Source: Bacteroidia bacterium (lineage in GTDB: Bacteria > Bacteroidota > Bacteroidia > NS11-12g > UBA955). Taken from it: a stretch of DNA of 24,000 nt. Of this stretch, positions 17,007 through 24,000 are shown one piece after another. Numbering within the stretch: position 1 is the stretch's first letter; each line of letters opens with the position of its first letter. A program made the position numbers and the translations under genes. The notes under the pieces were generated by a model that was not told the origin of the DNA, did not search any database, and saw only the letters and a list, made by a program, of their open reading frames with translations. Where the stretch lies: NCBI GenBank assembly GCA_023268875.1, contig JALRKL010000200.1, positions 2,894 through 26,893 of the forward strand, given 5' to 3'.

Positions 17007-17014
17007 CAAATTTA
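17007..17014 (-). promoter_or_regulatory. Candidate -7 box TAAATTTG for the oxidase operon
   Basis: The minus strand reads TAAATTTG, with 26 nt between the box and the coxII ATG (16980). It lies within the only sizeable intergenic gap (16981..17117) upstream of the operon. Confidence 0.4.
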
Positions 17015-17117
17015 GGACTTCATTCACGTTATTTATTCACTAAAGGCGCATTTTTTTGAAAAAAGAAACACAAATTACGTCAGTTTACTGACATGCAAAT
17101 TCCTTTCTTCCAATAAA

Positions 17118-17915
17118 TCAATCAGTTGAATGTATATATTGTTGCACCAATTTATGGTAATCTTCAACACATAAAGCTTCTGCACGAAGTCCCTTCCACT
17201 CCTCAGGTAATATAAACCTGCTATTGCTCGATAAGAAAGGTTTTAATGCATTGCTTAGGGTTTTTCTTCTCTGAGAAAATGCCATTTTTACCAACGATTT
17301 TAAAGGCTTCCAAGCCGGTAATTCTCCTGTTTCTATTTTCTTTGCCGTCATAACGGCACTTTTAACTTTCGGTGGGGGCAAAAATGCCTCTTCTCCCACC
17401 GTAAAAGAATAAGAACAGCTATAGAACGACTGCAATAAAACGCTAGTAACTCCATAAACTTTTGATCCTGAATTAGCGCAGAAGCGCTCAGCTACCTCTT
17501 TTTGAAACATTCCCACAAAAGAAATCACATTCCAATCCTCCTCTAAAATTTTAAATGCAATTTGGGTAGATATATTATATGGGTAGTTTCCGATTATACC
17601 GATTCGCTTTCCTTGATACGGCCGCACATCTAATTGCAAAAAGTCTTGCTCAATAATGGTTAACCCGGCTGCCCATTTGGCTGTTTTTAGATAAGCAACC
17701 GATTCGGTATCTAATTCTACACAAATTAATTTATCCTTCCATTTGGGAAATAAATATTCGGTTAAAACGCCTGTACCGGGACCTACCTCAATTAAAATAT
17801 CCAAATCCTCTGGAACCAATTCGGCTGTTTTTCTTGCAACTTCGTCGTCGACTAAGAAATGCTGTCCTAGGTGTTTTTTGGCCCTTACGCCATTTTGTTT
17901 AGGTGTATATTTCAA
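17118..17915 (-). CDS. rsmA: 16S rRNA (adenine1518/1519-N6)-dimethyltransferase RsmA/KsgA
   Basis: 265 aa with KKHLGQHFL, the SAM-binding motif IEVGPGTGVLT, and NYPYNIST. Confidence 0.93.
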   Translation of the reverse strand: MKYTPKQNGVRAKKHLGQHFLVDDEVARKTAELVPEDLDILIEVGPGTGVLTEYLFPKWKDKLICVELDTESVAYLKTAKWAAGLTIIEQDFLQLDVRPYQGKRIGIIGNYPYNISTQIAFKILEEDWNVISFVGMFQKEVAERFCANSGSKVYGVTSVLLQSFYSCSYSFTVGEEAFLPPPKVKSAVMTAKKIETGELPAWKPLKSLVKMAFSQRRKTLSNALKPFLSSNSRFILPEEWKGLRAEALCVEDYHKLVQQYIHSTD

Positions 17916-19138
17916 TGCAACCAGTGGGTTAGATAATACTTGGTAACCGTTTCTTTCAAAGCAGCTAAATTATAATTGTCCGAACTTTCGGCAACATCGC
18001 GAACGCGCCCAGTTTTACTCAAAATCCGAATACCCCCTCCTTCTGATTTATACGCATGATTTTCCAATACGCCCGTTTTGACGAAGTATTGCACCGTATC
18101 CCCTTCTCCAAATCCAAATTTCCCTATAGCTTGTTCGGTAGCTTCCGCAACTTCAATGGCATCAAAATCACGCGTGGAAATCTTAACTTTTGGCAGTTTC
18201 CTATTTAATAATCTTTTGCTGAGGGTAGATAAAATTGCATCCTCATGAAATTGCCATTGCTTTACACTTGCCATGATATCAATATCATCTAGTACCAAAA
18301 ATAAATCTAAGTCCTCATCGTTAAAGTGCTCGGTATCGATCTCGTTCATCAAAAAATGCAATAATGGGTGGTAGGAACCCAACATATGTCCTTTATGAGC
18401 CAATACACGCGCTCTTTGCAATATCGACACCAACACGGCATCAGCGGCAATCACCGTTTTATGAAGATATACCTGCCAATACATCAGTCTACGAGCAATT
18501 AAAAACTTCTCAACGGAATAAATTCCCTTTTCCTCCACAACCAAATTGCCATCGCTAACATTCAACATACTGATTATCCGCTCACCCCCCACAATTCCCT
18601 CACTTACACCGGTGTAAAAACTGTCGCGCAACAAATAATCCAGGCGATCCATATCCAATTGTCCCGAAATTAGCTGACTGAGAAATGGTTTTTCGTGGTA
18701 TTCGTTTTTAAAAATCTGAACCGCCAAGTCTAATTTACCCTCGAAGATTCCGTTTAACCGTTCCATGATTCGAATCGAAATATCCTCATGGTGCACCCCT
18801 TGAATTAAAGTGTGTTCCAAGGTATGAGAATAAGGTCCATGCCCCACATCGTGCAGCAATATGGCCAGTGCGGTTGATTCGTATTCTCCGTCGGTAATAT
18901 CAACACCCTTTCGGCGCAGGGTATCCATGGCTTGTAAACTCAAATTCAAAGCCCCTAAGGCATGATGAAATCGCGTATGAGTCGCACCTGGATATACCCA
19001 ATCACTCATACCCAATTGCCGTATACGGCGTAACCGTTGAAAATACGGATGCTGAATTACATCAAATATCAAATCCGTCGGAATAGTCAAAAAACCATGC
19101 AACGGATCATTGATAATCTTATTTTTATTGAATCCCAC
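17912..19138 (-). CDS. HD-domain phosphohydrolase (COG1078-type, dNTP triphosphohydrolase-like)
   Basis: 408 aa with an N-terminal INDPLHGF motif, RFHHALG and LLHDVGHGPYSH (HD motif), and DMDRLDYLLRDS. The stop overlaps the rsmA start as ATGA. Confidence 0.85.
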   Translation of the reverse strand: MGFNKNKIINDPLHGFLTIPTDLIFDVIQHPYFQRLRRIRQLGMSDWVYPGATHTRFHHALGALNLSLQAMDTLRRKGVDITDGEYESTALAILLHDVGHGPYSHTLEHTLIQGVHHEDISIRIMERLNGIFEGKLDLAVQIFKNEYHEKPFLSQLISGQLDMDRLDYLLRDSFYTGVSEGIVGGERIISMLNVSDGNLVVEEKGIYSVEKFLIARRLMYWQVYLHKTVIAADAVLVSILQRARVLAHKGHMLGSYHPLLHFLMNEIDTEHFNDEDLDLFLVLDDIDIMASVKQWQFHEDAILSTLSKRLLNRKLPKVKISTRDFDAIEVAEATEQAIGKFGFGEGDTVQYFVKTGVLENHAYKSEGGGIRILSKTGRVRDVAESSDNYNLAALKETVTKYYLTHWLH

Positions 19139-19153
19139 GTTTATTCCACAAAG

Positions 19154-19804
19154 TTAGGGCCTTTCGTCCCAAATCAATACACCATCGGGGTCCGGTCTCT
19201 TTTCGGTAGCGCGTTCCAAAAACATCCTCAGTTGGTATTGTGCAGGGTCATTGGGTTTGATTTCCAAATACCTTTCATACGCCGACATCATGGCAATCCA
19301 TTCCTTATCGGTAATACCCTTTCTGTGCATGCGAAATCGATAAATATTACCAATATACAACCAAGCACGTGGATCTTCTGATTCTGAAGTTCCAGTAGCT
19401 CTGATTTTCCTTTCGGTAACCGAATTATAGGTCTTAAAATAAAGCAGTGCGCTATCCTCTTGAGCTTGGGCAATAAAATTCTTTCCCATGGCGTAATAGG
19501 CAGGTACATACATAGAGTCTCGATCGATGGCCCAACGCAGCATACGATCTGCTTCTTCGTATCGCCTCCTGCACGTTTCACTCCGTGCCATTCCGAGAAA
19601 ATCCATCATTAATGAATCTTGCGAATATAAACGGGCATAAATGGCATATGAATCATCGCAATATCCTTTATCAAGCAATTTCCCCGCTTCCTGCCGGGGT
19701 GTCATTCCAACCCTGTCCAAATCCCGTTGCGCCTCTACCCCAGCCACTGACCCGAGCCAAACAATTATTAATCCCAATCTCAAATTAACCTTGCTTATTT
19801 TCAT
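19154..19804 (-). CDS. Hypothetical secreted protein, helical-repeat (TPR-like) composition
   Basis: The ATG complementary to 19802..19804 gives MKISKVNLRLGLIIVWLGSVAGVEAQ (a signal-peptide-like N-terminus), 216 aa. It ends 15 nt upstream of the HD gene. The ORF-track extension to 20110 overlaps the divergent lipoprotein gene. No family was recognised. Confidence 0.5.
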   Translation of the reverse strand: MKISKVNLRLGLIIVWLGSVAGVEAQRDLDRVGMTPRQEAGKLLDKGYCDDSYAIYARLYSQDSLMMDFLGMARSETCRRRYEEADRMLRWAIDRDSMYVPAYYAMGKNFIAQAQEDSALLYFKTYNSVTERKIRATGTSESEDPRAWLYIGNIYRFRMHRKGITDKEWIAMMSAYERYLEIKPNDPAQYQLRMFLERATEKRPDPDGVLIWDERP

Positions 19805-19834
19805 TGTTGTAGAACAAATGTAAATTACTTTCTC

Positions 19835-19842
19835 CAAATTTG
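19835..19842. promoter_or_regulatory. Palindromic -7-like box CAAATTTG midway between divergent start codons
   Basis: CAAATTTG is its own reverse complement and matches 5 of the 6 specified TAnnTTTG positions on both strands. There are 30 nt from the box to the minus-strand ATG (19804) and 29 nt to the plus-strand ATG (19872). Confidence 0.3.
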
Positions 19843-19871
19843 TAAGAACTACAAGTCTTGTTACAATCCAA

Positions 19872-20627
19872 ATGTTCTTCAATAAATCAAACCTACTCGT
19901 ACTACTATCTACTTTGTTCTTGGTTTGCTTTTGTTTTCTATTGGGAAGTTGCTCGCGCTGGAATCTCGGCAACGTCGGACCTAACATCAGCCTAACTAGA
20001 AATTTATACAGCACCGGCATTTTAAGAATCGGACAAAAGTTTGACGTATACCTAAAACAAGACACCACCGTCCCCGAATCATATACTATCGAATATCCCG
20101 AAGATCTCATTCAAAACATAACACATACCCTCGATGATCAAATTCTCATTATAAAAGACAATAATCAAGCAAAGTGGATGCAAGACCTGAGTATCAGACC
20201 GAAAATAACCCTTAATTTACACCGTTACAAAAAACTATATATCGAAGGTTCTTCCAAATGGCACTGCTCCGATACGCTATTCGGAGAAGCCCTTGACATT
20301 GAAATGCGATCTGTTTTAGAGAACGATTTATGGGTGAATTTTAACGATATCACCGGAAAATGCAACAATCTAGGTTCGCTAAACTTAAGCGGGCGAGGAA
20401 CCCTTTTTTCCTTTTCGGTGGAAGCCGGATCACAACTAAATGCTCGTAACATGCGCTGCCACGACGCCTATTTCTGGCATTTCACCCAACGGGATTGCTA
20501 TGTTTCCCCCGAAAAACAGGCCTACTTATATTTATATAACTCCGGAAACGTAATTATTAAACCCGCGGAATTTTATCGTTTCGAATCGCAAGAAAACGGC
20601 AACGGCCGAATCATTTATCAGCCCTAA
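19872..20627 (+). CDS. Putative lipoprotein, possibly DUF2807/GIN-domain-like
   Basis: 251 aa. The N-terminus MFFNKSNLLVLLSTLFLVCFCFLLGSC carries a lipobox-like LGSC. The body is beta-rich with repeated short segments. The family assignment is tentative. Confidence 0.55.
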   Translation: MFFNKSNLLVLLSTLFLVCFCFLLGSCSRWNLGNVGPNISLTRNLYSTGILRIGQKFDVYLKQDTTVPESYTIEYPEDLIQNITHTLDDQILIIKDNNQAKWMQDLSIRPKITLNLHRYKKLYIEGSSKWHCSDTLFGEALDIEMRSVLENDLWVNFNDITGKCNNLGSLNLSGRGTLFSFSVEAGSQLNARNMRCHDAYFWHFTQRDCYVSPEKQAYLYLYNSGNVIIKPAEFYRFESQENGNGRIIYQP

Positions 20628-21277
20628 TGGATTTCACCCTAAATATCATAATCGTATTAATAGCCGCACAATTGCTGCTATCCAACAATATTGAAGCCTA
20701 TGAAAAGAGCGTATTCAGCATTAAACAACTTCGTAAAAATCGCGAATTCTATCGGCTTATTTCCTCCGGATTTATTCATTCGGGTTGGATGCACTTGTTT
20801 GTGAACTCTTTCGCGATATATAATTTTAGTCCCATTCTAGTACAAAATTTCGGATCCATACCTACAGCCCTTATTTTTTTAGCTTCTGTTTTGGGAAGCT
20901 CCCTTGTAATGTGGTGGCGTAAAAGAAATTTCAGCGATTATCAAGCCGTAGGCGCCTCAGGCGGAGTTAGCGGTTTGGTTATGCTCGCATTTTACCTTTA
21001 CCCCGAAATGCCCATTGGTATTTTTCTAATACCAGGTTATTTACCTGCGTACATTTTTGGAATATTATTTGCCCTAATTTCAATCGGACTTACATACGCC
21101 AAAAATCCTCAGCATATTGCCCATGAAGGCCATTTAGGAGGGTTGTTAGTTGGGGGATTAACAGGAGCCTGCTTCTACGGTTTTAACTTTTCCAGTGGGT
21201 CGCTGTTGGGATTATTTTGGTTAGGTACCGTTAGTATTGCAATTTGGCTATTTCTTCCTTTGAAAAAGACCGTCTAG
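20627..21277 (+). CDS. Rhomboid-family intramembrane serine protease
   Basis: 216 aa, polytopic, with the HxxxxHxxxN-like segment HSGWMHLFVNS, the catalytic GASGGVSG motif and a downstream HEGHLGG. The start overlaps the previous stop as TAATG. Confidence 0.85.
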   Translation: MDFTLNIIIVLIAAQLLLSNNIEAYEKSVFSIKQLRKNREFYRLISSGFIHSGWMHLFVNSFAIYNFSPILVQNFGSIPTALIFLASVLGSSLVMWWRKRNFSDYQAVGASGGVSGLVMLAFYLYPEMPIGIFLIPGYLPAYIFGILFALISIGLTYAKNPQHIAHEGHLGGLLVGGLTGACFYGFNFSSGSLLGLFWLGTVSIAIWLFLPLKKTV

Positions 21278-21433
21278 TTATTCCAATATTCTGAATCATT
21301 AATATTTCGGTTGGAGTATTCTGTCTCTGAGTAAAGAATATTTAATCCTTCAAATTTGTCAACTGCGAAAATATTTTGGTCTGAATATCCACTACTAGAA
21401 GTTAGACAGTTTAAGATTAGAAGTAAAGCTTTG

Positions 21434-21515
21434 TGCCCAGTACTGGATTCGAACCAGCACGTCTTGCGACACCACCCCCTCAAGATGGCGTGTCTACCAA
21501 TTTCACCAACTGGGC
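21434..21515 (-). tRNA. tRNA-Leu (anticodon GAG), class II with long variable arm, no encoded CCA
   Basis: Minus strand: GCCCAGTTGGTGAAATTGGTAGACACGCCATCTTGAGGGGGTGGTGTCGCAAGACGTGCTGGTTCGAATCCAGTACTGGGCA. Acceptor stem GCCCAGT/ACTGGGC. Anticodon stem CCATC/GGTGG with loop TTGAGGG. T-loop TTCGAAT. Confidence 0.93.
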
Positions 21516-21561
21516 AATTATGCCACAAAGATACAAATTTTTGTGGCCATAGACTCGGATT

Positions 21562-22608
21562 TTACAAAATCAACATGGCATCACCATAACACAAAAAGCG
21601 GTATTTTTCTTTCATCGCTTCTTGATAGATATCTACCATAAAATCATGACCTGCATACGCACAAGCCATCATATATAAAGGAGATTCAGGTGCGTGTAAA
21701 TTAGTAATAAAAGCATTGGCTATATTGAACTCGTAAGGAGGAAACAAGAACTTATCCGTCCAACCTTCGCTTGGATTCAGGGTACGTGAAGAACTTACAC
21801 TAGATTCCAATGTTCGCATAACCGAAGCACCAACGGCAACTACACGTTTTTTATTTTCAATGGCCTGATTAACTGCATCACAGGTTTGTTGGGTAATCCG
21901 GTAATATTCACTATCCATTTTGTGTTTTGTCAAATCTTCGACTTCCACATCACGGAAAGCACCTAACCCCAAATGCAAGGTAACATTCGTAAAGTTAATA
22001 CCTTTAATATCCATGCGCATTAACAACTCGCGCGTGAAATGCAGTTGAGCAGCAGGAGCCGCTACTGCGCCAACATTTTGAGCAAATAGGGATTGATACC
22101 ACTGCTCATCTTCCGGTTTTACAGGTCGGTCGATGTACTTAGGAATTGGCGTTTCGCCTAATTTCTTTACAACACGGTCGAAGGCCTCATCATCACCATC
22201 GAACAAGAAACGGATGGTACGACCGCGGCTGGTAGTATTGTCTACTACTTCCGCTACTAAATCGTCATCACCGAAATATAATTTATTTCCAACACGGATT
22301 TTTCTAGCAGGATCTACCAAAACATCCCACAAACGCAATTCGTGGTTCAATTCACGCAATAAAAAAACTTCAATTTGTGCGCCGGTTTTTTCTTTTTGTC
22401 CGTACATACGGGCTGTAAAAACCTTGGTATCATTCACAACAAACACATCGTCTTCGTTGAAAATATCCAATACATCGTGGAACATTTTATGTTCGATCGT
22501 GCGTGTTTTACGATCAACAACCATCAAACGGCTCTCGTGGCGTGTTTTTAATGGTTCTTGAGCAATAAGTTTTTCGGGTAATTCGAATTTAAACTGGGAT
22601 AACTTCAT
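21562..22608 (-). CDS. queA: S-adenosylmethionine:tRNA ribosyltransferase-isomerase QueA
   Basis: 348 aa from the ATG complementary to 22606..22608 ([19 protein letters not shown]...SRLMV), with typical QueA blocks throughout ([23 protein letters not shown]). Confidence 0.95.
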   Translation of the reverse strand: MKLSQFKFELPEKLIAQEPLKTRHESRLMVVDRKTRTIEHKMFHDVLDIFNEDDVFVVNDTKVFTARMYGQKEKTGAQIEVFLLRELNHELRLWDVLVDPARKIRVGNKLYFGDDDLVAEVVDNTTSRGRTIRFLFDGDDEAFDRVVKKLGETPIPKYIDRPVKPEDEQWYQSLFAQNVGAVAAPAAQLHFTRELLMRMDIKGINFTNVTLHLGLGAFRDVEVEDLTKHKMDSEYYRITQQTCDAVNQAIENKKRVVAVGASVMRTLESSVSSSRTLNPSEGWTDKFLFPPYEFNIANAFITNLHAPESPLYMMACAYAGHDFMVDIYQEAMKEKYRFLCYGDAMLIL

Positions 22609-22639
22609 ATCAGGATATAGTAGCCCTAAATTGGGGGTG

Positions 22640-22647
22640 CAAATATA
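22640..22647 (-). promoter_or_regulatory. Candidate -7 box TATATTTG upstream of queA
   Basis: Full TAnnTTTG match on the minus strand, with 31 nt between the box and the queA ATG at 22608. It lies inside the ORF-track N-terminal extension, which supports the shorter start. Confidence 0.4.
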
Positions 22648-22687
22648 GAACATATTTCGACCTTATAAAAATTGTCGGTGTAAATCT

Positions 22688-22695
22688 TACCTTTG
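22688..22695 (+). promoter_or_regulatory. Candidate -7 box TACCTTTG immediately upstream of hbd
   Basis: Full TAnnTTTG match on the plus strand, with only 4 nt (cacc) between the box and the ATG at 22700. Confidence 0.4.
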
Positions 22696-22699
22696 CACC

Positions 22700-23587
22700 A
22701 TGAAAAATATTTCGGTTATCGGAGGCGGCACCATGGGAAATGGAATCGCACATGTATTTGCTCAAAATGGATTCAGCGTTAACTTGATAGATTTGAAACA
22801 AGAAATGCTCGATAAAGCATTAGCCACTATCGCCAAAAACCTCGATCGCCAAGTAGCAAAGTCAATAATCACCGAAGAACAAAAAACACAAACCCTTTCG
22901 AATATTACTCCATTTACCTCTTTAAAAGAAGGAGTTGCCCATGCCGATTTAGTCGTAGAAGCCGCTACTGAAAATGTAGAAATTAAATTGCAATTGTTCC
23001 GCGACTTAGACGCATTTGCTCCCGATGCCTGTATTCTTGCATCTAATACCTCTTCTATTAGCATTACCAAAATTGCATCGGTAACCCAAAGACCCGAACA
23101 AGTTATAGGAATGCACTTCATGAATCCCGTGCCCGTTATGAAGCTCGTGGAAATCATTGAAGGTTTTAAAACCGATAAAAACATCACCGAAAGCATAGTG
23201 GAACTTTCTAAAGAATTAGGAAAAGTTCCCGCCCTCACCCAAGACTATCCTGGATTTATTGCCAATCGTATTTTGATGCCAATGATCAATGAAGCCATCA
23301 TTTCATTACATGAAGGCGTAGCTGGTGTGAACGAAATTGATACTATCATGAAATTAGGAATGGCACATCCGATGGGTCCCTTGCAATTGGCTGACTTTAT
23401 CGGGTTAGACGTTTGTTTAGCCATTCTTAATGTGCTTTACGAAGGATTAGGAAATCCAAAATATGCCCCATGTCCGTTATTGGTTAATATGGTAACCTCT
23501 GGCGATTTAGGTGTAAAAAGCGGTCGCGGTTTTTACGATTACAGCCATGGCACTAAAGAATTGGTGCTCGCACCTAATTTTCAATAA
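22700..23587 (+). CDS. hbd: 3-hydroxybutyryl-CoA / 3-hydroxyacyl-CoA dehydrogenase (NAD-binding)
   Basis: 295 aa with the N-terminal Rossmann motif VIGGGTMGNGIA. Also has NTSS, HFMNPVP and GFIANRIL motifs, and the C-terminal G(D/E)LG-K-G-GFY segment typical of Hbd/FadB-type enzymes. Confidence 0.9.
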   Translation: MKNISVIGGGTMGNGIAHVFAQNGFSVNLIDLKQEMLDKALATIAKNLDRQVAKSIITEEQKTQTLSNITPFTSLKEGVAHADLVVEAATENVEIKLQLFRDLDAFAPDACILASNTSSISITKIASVTQRPEQVIGMHFMNPVPVMKLVEIIEGFKTDKNITESIVELSKELGKVPALTQDYPGFIANRILMPMINEAIISLHEGVAGVNEIDTIMKLGMAHPMGPLQLADFIGLDVCLAILNVLYEGLGNPKYAPCPLLVNMVTSGDLGVKSGRGFYDYSHGTKELVLAPNFQ

Positions 23588-23661
23588 TTGCAAATAATTG
23601 AATCGTAGAGTTTTGTAGAGGGAATCGCTTTACTCACCGCATTTCACACGGCTGTCACTTC

Positions 23662-24000
23662 TTACTTTCGAAAAACCCAAACTCGATTCTCGCGAATTTC
23701 ATTCCAGGCTTGGGTGATGAACCCGTAACTGCGGATTTCTTCACCTAGGTTTTCAAATGCCTTTTCCTCAAGAAGGGTATTCAACACAACCACTCCTTCA
23801 TGATTCAATAATTGCTTCAGTTGCAACCAAAAATCATCCGTGAACGAGGGGATGTTATAATCAATAAATAAATCAATAATGATGACATCATATTGCCATT
23901 CCTGTTTCACCGCCCGCTCCACATATTGAAACGCATTTTCGGCAATGAGCTTCACACCGTTTTTATAAAAATATTTCTCGGTTAACGCCACCACCTCCGA
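23662..24000 (-). CDS. Partial CDS (C-terminal part): spermidine-synthase-like class I SAM-dependent methyltransferase family
   Basis: The frame stays open to the window edge; the ORF-track start is a GTG with sense codons upstream. YDVIIIDLF ... GVVVLN resembles the spermine/spermidine synthase fold. The N-terminal half is missing, so the call is tentative. Confidence 0.5.
   Translation of the reverse strand, partial: SEVVALTEKYFYKNGVKLIAENAFQYVERAVKQEWQYDVIIIDLFIDYNIPSFTDDFWLQLKQLLNHEGVVVLNTLLEEKAFENLGEEIRSYGFITQAWNEIRENRVWVFRK

Noticed and set aside
17912-19138. HD-domain dNTPase-like protein as an anti-phage nucleotide-depletion effector
   Set aside because: It is translationally coupled (ATGA overlap) to the housekeeping rsmA gene, sits in a conserved-looking operon, and has no defence-island neighbours. 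It is most simply a housekeeping COG1078 phosphohydrolase.
21278-21433. Short inverted repeats (aatattct / agaatatt) downstream of the rhomboid gene as a terminator or element
   Set aside because: The stems are only 8 bp and AT-only, with loops of 12 to 45 nt, and no flanking direct repeats or U-tract logic. This is indistinguishable from chance in AT-rich spacer.
21274-21589. 84-aa (minus) and 77-aa (plus) ORFs
   Set aside because: Both overlap the clearly folded tRNA-Leu gene and the AT-rich spacer, and neither has a recognisable protein signature.
22133-23238. 142-aa plus-strand ORF (22133..22561) and 158-aa minus-strand ORF (22762..23238)
   Set aside because: They are antisense to queA and hbd respectively, Ser/Thr/Lys-rich, and have no start context.

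Overview
This window looks like core chromosome from a Bacteroidota (Flavobacteriia-like) bacterium. The evidence is a PorX-type receiver-PglZ regulator, TAnnTTTG (-7 type) boxes upstream of several genes, and a split cytochrome oxidase subunit III. I support 25 CDS (one cut by the right edge) and one tRNA-Leu(GAG). Left to right: thiamine pyrophosphokinase (-), porX-tsaE (+), gcvP (-), radC (-) divergent from recA (+), then one tightly packed 11-gene minus-strand operon at 8103..16980. The operon order is coxII, coxI, ctaA, cyoE/ctaB, two subunit III paralogs, subunit IV, SCO, DUF420 (CtaM-like), an 80-aa CxxC membrane protein and DUF983. It is followed by a minus-strand trio (secreted TPR-like protein, HD phosphohydrolase, rsmA), a lipoprotein-rhomboid pair (+), tRNA-Leu (-), queA (-), hbd (+) and a partial spermidine-synthase-like methyltransferase (-). 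Several long ORFs in the track are N-terminal over-extensions, and I trimmed them to starts that fit the neighbouring genes. I see no mobile element, CRISPR array, toxin-antitoxin pair or defence island, so I cannot honestly claim a new multi-gene system here. The items most worth a second look are: (1) a heptad-periodic AATnnTG array that folds into a 37-bp strand-asymmetric hairpin just after recA; (2) a 41-bp direct repeat pair at the 3' end of the thiamine pyrophosphokinase gene; (3) the two uncharacterised tail genes of the oxidase operon (CPMC mini-protein and DUF983); (4) an enlarged CoxII with a large insertion in its cupredoxin domain; (5) -7 boxes sitting almost on top of start codons, which suggests leaderless or near-leaderless mRNAs. 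All family calls come from motif recognition by eye. No database search was run.
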